Positions 1 through 6,600 of a DNA stretch of 64,000 nucleotides are shown piece by piece. The translations under genes and the position numbers were made by a program. The notes beneath the pieces were generated by a model. It worked only from the letters and a program-made list of their open reading frames with translations. It was not told where the DNA came from and ran no database searches. The first letter of the stretch is position 1. Every line of letters starts with the position of its first letter. The stretch is from an uncultured Chloroflexia bacterium (GTDB lineage Bacteria > Chloroflexota > Limnocylindria > Limnocylindrales > CSP1-4): the NCBI GenBank assembly GCA_963720755.1, contig CAVRGP010000011.1, positions 160,001 through 224,000 on the forward strand, in the 5' to 3' direction.

Positions 1-1
1 G

Positions 2-1132
2 AGTCCGGAGGCTCGGGTGCTGGGCGTCCGGCGGGGGTTGCCGCTCGGGAGCGCGCACCGGCTCGTCCCTGAGGCCACCTTCATCGACCCCGACGTCGAC
101 GCGGACCGGATGACGGTCGAGGCGGCGTTCGAGGCACTCTCTGCGTTCAGCCCGGGGATCGCCGGCAGCGCTGAGCCACTCGACCCCGCGTTCGGCCTGT
201 TCGAGGTCCAGGCCGATGGCCTGGAAGCCTTGTGGGGGCCGGAGCCGGCCCTCATCGAACGCCTGGTGGAGGTCCTCGGTCGGGCCCTCGCGACCGACGG
301 CATCCGGGCCGGCATCGCCGGTACCCGGTTCACCGCGACCGTGGCCGCCGTCCTGGCACGGCCGGGTACGCCCATCCTCGTGCCACCCGGCACCGAGGCG
401 GCGTTCCTCGCTCCGCATCCGTCCGGCCTGCTCACCCAGGATCCGGACATCCGGGCCCGGCTCACCCGCTTCGGCCTGCGCCGGATCGGGCCGGTCGCCG
501 AACTCGCCCGGACCGCGCTGGTCGCCCGCTTCGGCGAGGAAGGAGCCCGGATCCATGCCCGTGCCCGCGGCGAGGCGCTGGAGCCGTTCCGCCCCCGGCG
601 GGCACCGGAGCATCTTCGGCTCAGCCTGCCGATCGAACCCCCGGTGGAGGACCTGGAGCCGCTCCGCTTCGTTCTCCATCGATTGGTCGGCGCCTTGACC
701 GGGCAACTCGTCGCGCGCGGCCTTGCGGCGTCGCGGACCCGCTTGCACCTCGACCTGGATCTTGCCTTCGCGAGCCGGGGTACGTCCGCCGAGGTGGACG
801 TCGAGCAGGACTTCCCCGAACCGACGGCCGACGGAGAAGCGATCGAGCGTCTGCTGTTCGCCCGGCTCGAGCGCATGCCGCCACCGGCCGCCGTGAGCCG
901 GGTGACCCTGGAACTGGATGGCACGACCCCGGCGGCCGGTCAGCAGCTCCCGTTGTTCACGCCACAGGCCGCTCGAGCGGCGCGGCTCGATTGGCAACTC
1001 GCTCGGCTTGCCCTGACCTACGGGGAGGACCGGGTCAGGCGAGTGGACATCACGGATCCAGAGGCGCCGCTCCCGGAGACGAGGTGGGCGTGGCGTCCGG
1101 TCACCTCGGGCGAACGGGGCGGGGTGTCATGA
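2..1132 (+). CDS. imuB: ImuB-like inactive Y-family polymerase (5'-truncated by window edge)
   Basis: Frame open from the window start (ARVLGVRRGLPLGSAHRLVP). Y-family thumb motif GLRRIGPVAEL...LVARFG. No catalytic SxDE at the expected site (PAFGLFEV). Beta-clamp motif QLPLF at ~944-958. Lies near dnaE2. Confidence 0.85.
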   Translation, partial: SPEARVLGVRRGLPLGSAHRLVPEATFIDPDVDADRMTVEAAFEALSAFSPGIAGSAEPLDPAFGLFEVQADGLEALWGPEPALIERLVEVLGRALATDGIRAGIAGTRFTATVAAVLARPGTPILVPPGTEAAFLAPHPSGLLTQDPDIRARLTRFGLRRIGPVAELARTALVARFGEEGARIHARARGEALEPFRPRRAPEHLRLSLPIEPPVEDLEPLRFVLHRLVGALTGQLVARGLAASRTRLHLDLDLAFASRGTSAEVDVEQDFPEPTADGEAIERLLFARLERMPPPAAVSRVTLELDGTTPAAGQQLPLFTPQAARAARLDWQLARLALTYGEDRVRRVDITDPEAPLPETRWAWRPVTSGERGGVS

Positions 1133-1377
1133 CTCGTCTCCTGCGCGAACACCCGGAGATCGAGGTCGAACTCGATGCCACGGGAGCGATCGGGGCCATC
1201 CACTGGAACGGGCGCCGTGAGACCGTCGAGGTCTGCAACCGCTGGCGCGTCGAGGAAGCCTGGTGGCGCGGCCCCATCGCTCGGGACTACTTCAAGGTGG
1301 TCGGTGGTCGCTGGCTCGCGCTCGTGTACCTCGACCGTGTCGACGGCACCTGGCACCTCGAGCGACTCTACGACTGA
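1129..1377 (+). CDS. DUF6504-like small protein resembling the ImuB C-terminal domain
   Basis: ATGA overlap with the imuB stop. 82 aa with RWRVEEAWW..RDYFKV...WHLERLYD. Confidence 0.8.
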   Translation: MTRLLREHPEIEVELDATGAIGAIHWNGRRETVEVCNRWRVEEAWWRGPIARDYFKVVGGRWLALVYLDRVDGTWHLERLYD

Positions 1378-1790
1378 TCGCGTACCTTCCCGATCCGACC
1401 CAGATGGGTGTCCTGGAACGAGGTCGAAAGCTTGAGCCCGTAGCCGAGCGCACGATCCATCCCGACGTGGGCGATCAAGATCGCCCCGAGGACCGACACG
1501 GCTGTCACGTCCGACGCGAGACCGATGCCCAGCACGGCCAGACCGACCGCCCAGTTGTGCGCGATGTTGTAGGTCATCGCCCCGAGCCGCGCGTCGCGCA
1601 GGTAGCCGACCATCGAGATGTCCGGCACCAACAGGAGCGGGAGCACCAACAGCCACGGGGCACCGAGCCAGCCATACAGCCCGAGACCCGCGATGAAGGC
1701 CGCGACCCCCTCGATCCGCAGCCAACCCGTCACGGTGACCAGCGGGGCCCTCGTCGCTCGTCCGTCCATCAGTCCGTCCATCGTCGTCAT
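1368..1790 (-). CDS. DUF4260 family membrane protein
   Basis: Motifs LRIEG, LLVPDISMVGY, YNIAH, AHVGMDRALGYGLK, FQDTHLG. Start uncertain (1790 has an SD-like GGAAGG; 1847 is the alternative). Confidence 0.85.
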   Translation of the reverse strand: MTTMDGLMDGRATRAPLVTVTGWLRIEGVAAFIAGLGLYGWLGAPWLLVLPLLLVPDISMVGYLRDARLGAMTYNIAHNWAVGLAVLGIGLASDVTAVSVLGAILIAHVGMDRALGYGLKLSTSFQDTHLGRIGKVRDQS

Positions 1791-1850
1791 CCCGCCTTCC
1801 CCTTCTGCTCGTTCCGCTTTCTGCTCGTTCCGCTCGGCCGCGTCCATGAT

Positions 1851-1895
1851 GGCTACACTGTATAGCCTTGACGGCTAATGTCAATAGCCTATGAT
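1851..1895. promoter_or_regulatory. Overlapping divergent promoters with two TetR-type operators GGCTA-N7-TAGCC
   Basis: Palindromes at 1851-1867 and 1873-1889. Plus strand TTGACG(1868)-N16-TATGAT(1890). Minus strand TTGACA(1884-1879)-N16-TACAGT(1862-1857). Confidence 0.75.
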
Positions 1896-1902
1896 GCTCG
1901 AC

Positions 1903-2484
1903 ATGAGTCCAGCTCCGGCGCGAACATCAGTCCCGGCCATCGTGGCCGCCGCGCGACAGATCCTCGAAGCCGATGGGCTATCGGCCGTGACGATGCGAAG
2001 CGTCGCCGAGGCCGTCGGTGTCCGCGGGCCTTCCCTGTACAAGCACGTCCCGGATCGAGCCGCGCTGGTTCGGCTCGTGGCGGCCGGCGTCGTCGACGAT
2101 CTCTCGGAGGTGCTGGCAATCGCGCCCTCCACGGACGACCCGCGTGGTGACCTCCGTGCCCTGGCGATCCGCTACCGCGACTTCGTCATCGCCAACCCGA
2201 ACGGGTACCGGCTCCTGTTCATGGATCTGCCCGCAGGCGAGGCGCCGGATCCAGCCGCCGTCGCGGCCGTGGGCGTCCCCCTCGTCAGGGCGATGGCGAG
2301 GCTAGTCGGTGAGGACGACGCGCTGGAGGCGGCACGGACGATGACGGCGTGGGCGCACGGGTTCGTGTCGATGGAACTGGCCGGAGCGTTCCGCCTTGGA
2401 GGCGAGATCGAAACCGCCTATGCGTTCGGTATCGAGGCGGTCATGGCCGGCATCAGCGCGCCGGCGACCCGATCATCACGCTGA
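1903..2484 (+). CDS. TetR family regulator with WHG-type C-terminal domain
   Basis: HTH IVAAARQIL...TMRSVAEAVGVRGPSLYKH; C-terminal WAHGFVSME. ATG lies 7 nt after the -10 box. Confidence 0.9.
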   Translation: MSPAPARTSVPAIVAAARQILEADGLSAVTMRSVAEAVGVRGPSLYKHVPDRAALVRLVAAGVVDDLSEVLAIAPSTDDPRGDLRALAIRYRDFVIANPNGYRLLFMDLPAGEAPDPAAVAAVGVPLVRAMARLVGEDDALEAARTMTAWAHGFVSMELAGAFRLGGEIETAYAFGIEAVMAGISAPATRSSR

Positions 2485-2557
2485 GGACGAAGAGCACGAG
2501 AAACATCGCGACGACGAGGGCCAGAAGCCCGATATCTCGTGGATGTGCCGATTGCAC
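2453..2557 (-). CDS. Putative 34-aa single-pass membrane protein
   Basis: GGAGG SD then GTG; MQSAHPRDIGLLALVVAMFLVLFVLSVMIGSPAR. Read by hand, not in the ORF track. Confidence 0.55.
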   Translation of the reverse strand: MQSAHPRDIGLLALVVAMFLVLFVLSVMIGSPAR

Positions 2558-2659
2558 GAGCGCGCCTCCCCCAGGCTTGGTCGCTCCCCGGATCCGGGGT
2601 CCGGTCAGCTGCAGGATAGACGCCTCGGCAGGATCCTGCGTTGCGGGCGCGCGCCGGCG

Positions 2660-3169
2660 TCATTCGAACGGGCAGGCGGCTCCGTACATGATGCGGATGG
2701 CGATCAGGCTACCCATCGGCGATGCCGTGACCTGGACCATGCACCCAACCCCGCTGCCGGTCATGTCAAGGACGTAGCTGCCGTCCTCGAGCGGACCGGA
2801 CGATCCGACCGTCGCGTAGCCGAGGCCATTGAGCTGCGTTTCGAGCAGGTTCTCGATCGCCTGCGGGTCGCCGCCCTCGACGACCAGATCGGCCGACGCG
2901 GCGCCCGTACCGGTCGCATCGCCCGGTGTCGCCCCTGGCACGGTCGGGAAATCGCCCGGCAGACCGTCCCAGATCCGACCCCAGTCGGTATCGGTCTGGG
3001 CCATCGGTGACCCGATGGCGCCGGTGGGCGTTCCGTCGGCTGGCGAGGCGGCGGTCGCCGGGGCCGAGTCCGTCGGCGATGGTGCGGGGCTGGTCGCACT
3101 CGAACTGCAGGCCGCGAGGACCACCGCCAGTCCGATGGCGACGCCGAGGAATCGTCGGTTGATCATCAC
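2660..3169 (-). CDS. Putative lipoprotein, unknown function
   Basis: Signal peptide with lipobox LAAC and Ser/Pro/Thr linker. GTG lies 7 nt after TACGAT. Confidence 0.8.
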   Translation of the reverse strand: MMINRRFLGVAIGLAVVLAACSSSATSPAPSPTDSAPATAASPADGTPTGAIGSPMAQTDTDWGRIWDGLPGDFPTVPGATPGDATGTGAASADLVVEGGDPQAIENLLETQLNGLGYATVGSSGPLEDGSYVLDMTGSGVGCMVQVTASPMGSLIAIRIMYGAACPFE

Positions 3170-3214
3170 GTTCGGCATCGTACCCCGTGCTCCGAGTCCG
3201 TGGGTCCAGATGAC

Positions 3215-3249
3215 CAGGACCCCGCCGCCCCCAAAGCGACGGGGTCCTG
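3215..3249 (-). terminator. GC-rich hairpin, likely terminator
   Basis: Minus strand CAGGACCCCGTCGC-loop-GCGGCGGGGTCCTG; no clear U-tract. Confidence 0.5.
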
Positions 3250-3361
3250 TGGCCAGAAGCGATGCTCACCAACGCATCTGGCGGGCCGGCCCCCCGACCA
3301 TCGCGGTCGAGCGCCGTCCAGTCGTCCCGAGCCCCCAAGCGCCGAGACGTCGTGTATTCGC

Positions 3362-3487
3362 TTACCGGATGGCTACCTGGGCGTCGAGCGTCGCCGGCAG
3401 GAGGCCGAGGATCAGGAACATGGCGACCGCGACCGACAGGCCGATGCGAACGGCTGAGAAGGCGATCGGGCGTATCTGTCCGTGCAT
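3362..3487 (-). CDS. Putative 41-aa single-pass membrane protein
   Basis: MHGQIRPIAFSAVRIGLSVAVAMFLILGLLPATLDAQVAIR; no clear SD. Confidence 0.5.
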   Translation of the reverse strand: MHGQIRPIAFSAVRIGLSVAVAMFLILGLLPATLDAQVAIR

Positions 3488-3588
3488 GTTCGTGAGACGC
3501 GGATCGGCGCGTGGTTGTTTCGTGCGAATCACGCGATTCTCGATGGGAAACTGGTCATGCCGCGACCCGGGACCGATGGTCCAGATGC

Positions 3589-3606
3589 GAACAGATGTTC
3601 TATACT
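3589..3606 (+). promoter_or_regulatory. LexA (SOS) box abutting the dnaE2 -10 element
   Basis: GAAC-AGAT-GTTC (3589-3600) immediately followed by TATACT (3601-3606), 40 nt before the GTG start. Confidence 0.88.
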
Positions 3607-3646
3607 TTGGCGCCCCCACCGACCGACTCACCGACCGGAGTGATCC

Positions 3647-6600
3647 GTGGCGCCGATCCCGTACGCTGAACTGCACTGCCACACGAACTTCTCGTTCCTG
3701 GACGGGGCATCCGCACCGGATGATCTGGTCGACCAGGCCGTCAGCCTCGGGCTGACCGGGCTGGCCATCACCGACCACAACGGCCTGTACGGCGCGGTCC
3801 GCTTCGTGCAGGCGGCCGAATCGGCCGGTCTGCATCCCGTGATCGGGATCGAGGTCGAACTGCTTGATCCTGTGGTACCGGACCCATTCGGTGTGGTCAT
3901 GCCGGCTCGGCGGGCGCGTCGTCGCGCCCCCGGCCGGGATCGCGTCGGCAACTCGGTGGCGGGGGTGTCGACGGATGTCACCGATGGGTCGCCCATCCGT
4001 CCACGGCCATCGCCGACCCGCCTGCCCGGTCATCGCGACCCGGTCAAGGAGGATCTGCGAGGGATCGGTGAGCGTGTCCGTGGACCCCACCTCGTCCTGC
4101 TGGCACGCTCACAGGTCGGGTGGCGGAGCCTGTGCCGATTGGTGTCACGGGCCAACATGGCTGGGACGAAGGGTGTCCCGCGGTTCAGCCAGGCGCTCCT
4201 GGCCGAACACACCGACGGTCTCGTCGCGCTGTCCGGTTGTCGGGAAGGGGAGCTGGTCCGTCGTCTCCGGATCGGTGACCTCAGTGGGGCACGATCCGTG
4301 GCCGAGCGGTATGCCACGCTTTTCGGGCGGGGCGATGGCCCTGCTGCGAGTGGTTTCTTCATCGAGCTGTCGCACCACCTCCTGGCCGATGACGATTGGC
4401 TCGTTGCCGGATCGGTGGCGGTGGCCGAGACCTGCGGTCTGCCGGCGGTCGTGACCAACGACGTCCACTACGCTCGTCCGGACGATCGCGAACTGGCCGA
4501 TGTCCTGACCGCGATCCGACACGGCCGGTCGCTCGAGACCCTCGGCGCCCTGCGCCGGCCCGATGGCGAGTCGTACCTGAAGTCGGGCCCGGAGTTGGCG
4601 ATGGTCGGGTCGTCGCTGGGTGACGCCGTGGGCCGAACCTGGACCGCGGCGATCTCGACGGCCTCAGAACTCGCGGCGTCATGCTCGGTCGATCTCGGGT
4701 TCGAGCAGTACCGGTTCCCCGGCTTCGCGGTCCCGAACGGGGAGACGCCATTCAGTTATCTCGTGGAGCTCTGCCAGGCGGGTGCCCGCCGGCGCTACCA
4801 CCCGCTCACGCCGCCCGTCGTCAAACAGCTTGCCCATGAACTCGGGGTCATCGAGCAGACCGGACTCGCCGAGTTCTTTCTCATCTGCTGGGACCTGATG
4901 CGCTTCGCGAAGGAGCGTGGCATCCCGGCCCAGGGGCGGGGGAGTGCAGCGAGTTCGATCGTGGCCTACGTGCTGGGCATCACCAGGGTCGAGCCCATCC
5001 GCCACAACCTGCTGTTCGAGCGGTTCATCAACGAGGGCCGGACCACCTATCCGGACGTCGACATCGACTTCAGCTCGGAGCGCCGCGAGGAGGTCATCCA
5101 GTATGTCTACCGTCGCTACGGTCCCGAGCACACGGGGATGGTCTGCAATCTGGTGACCTATCGAGCGCGCTCGGCGGTGCGTGAGGTGGGCCACGCCCTC
5201 GGGTTCCCGCGGCCGCTCGTCGATCGGGTGGCCAAGGCGCTCGAAACCTACGACTCGGTCATGGTCCGACGGGATCTCGAGGCGGACGGCGGTTTCGCGG
5301 AGTTCTTCCGGCGGTCGGGCGACGATCCGGATCCCGCGACGGCCGGTGCGGTCGCCGCGGCCGCTGGGTACAGGGCCGGCGGGCATGGCGTGGCAGCCGC
5401 AGCCGCACTGGCCGGGAAGCGTGGCCTGACCGACGCGATGGGTCAGCTGAACCACGCTCGCGGTGGGAGGATCGTGCCGGGCGCCGCAACCGCGCCCGAG
5501 CCACCGACCGCGCCCGAGATACGGGCCGCGCCACCGACCGCGGCCGAGCCACCGACCGCAACCGCGCCCGAGCCACCGGCCGCGCCGGGCGCCGAAACCG
5601 CGCCCGAGATACGGGCCGAGCCACCGACCGCGCCCGCGCCACCGACCGCGGCCGCAGCCGAGCCACCGGCCGCGCCGGGCGCCGAAACCGCGCCCGAGCC
5701 ACCGACCGCGCCCGCGCTACGGATCGCGGCCGAGATACGGGCCGAGCCACCGACCGCGGCCGCGCTACGAACCGCGCCACCGACCGCGGCCGCAGCCGAG
5801 CCACCGACCGCGGCCGCGCTACGGATCGCGCCCGCGCTACAGGGTCTTCGCCAGACAACATCTGGATTCGTATCGGGCGAGTCCAGTGACCCAAAACAGC
5901 CAGATTCGGCCGGCAAGCTTCGGTCCACAAGTGGATCTCACGCTCAGAGGCCCGTGCCGATGGCGACAGGTGGCCGGGTCGGTGCGCCTAACACGAATGA
6001 CGCCGATATCCGGCAGGGACGCGGGCCAGCACATGCCGATATCCGGCAGGGACGCGGGCCAGCACATGCCGATATCCGGCAGGGACGCGGGCCAGCACAT
6101 GCCGATATCCGGCAGGGACGCGGGCCAGCACATGCCGATATCCGGCAGGGACGCGGGCCGGGCCCTTACCCGCTCGCGCCGGTCGCCGATGTGCGTCCGG
6201 GTGCCCGGACCGATGACGAGGGTGGGCCGGGCGATACTCCGGCCAGTGTCGCCTGGCTGCGGGACGGGCGCGGCACGGGTTACCAGGCGGACCGCGACCG
6301 ATTGGTCGGTCCGCAGCTGGTCGAGGGTCGGCGGGTCGATCCTGAAAGCGGTCAGCTCGAGCCGCCGCCGCGAGCCGCGGACAAGCTCGGTCGACCGACC
6401 CGCTGGGATCCGCCGGCCGCTGGCAGCTCGGTCGCCAGGGTCGAGCCGGCATCGCCGCCGCAGCCTCGGGGCGGTTCGACGGTCGGCCTGAGCGACTGGG
6501 AGCGCTGGCTCGAGTTCTGCGCCCGGATCGACGGCTTCCCGCGCCACCTGTCGATCCATTCGGGCGGGATGCTGGTGACCGCGGCACCGCTCATCGATAT

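Noticed and set aside
1803-1834. 16-bp tandem duplication TTCTGCTCGTTCCGCT x2
   Set aside because: Only two copies, in the probable leader of the DUF4260 gene; likely slippage with no evidence of function.
3250-3345. Resemblance to a ZTP riboswitch on the minus strand (GACUGG...hairpin...GGGG...GCCCGCC)
   Set aside because: The closing 3' hairpin and exact UGGCG context are missing, and the downstream gene is a lipoprotein with its own proximal -10 box.
5259-5930. Minus-strand repeat ORFs (AAVGGS or ARPRSV repeats)
   Set aside because: They are antisense shadows of the triplet-based repeat, with no independent start signals.
6002-6159. 33-bp repeats as a CRISPR array
   Set aside because: Units are head-to-tail with no spacers, lie in frame inside a CDS, and no cas genes are present.
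5312-6484. DnaE2 insertion as an intein or self-splicing intron
   Set aside because: No C-terminal HN-[C/S/T], no Hint or LAGLIDADG blocks, the usual DnaE intein site (FGFAKSH) is uninterrupted, and no group I/II core motifs were recognised.
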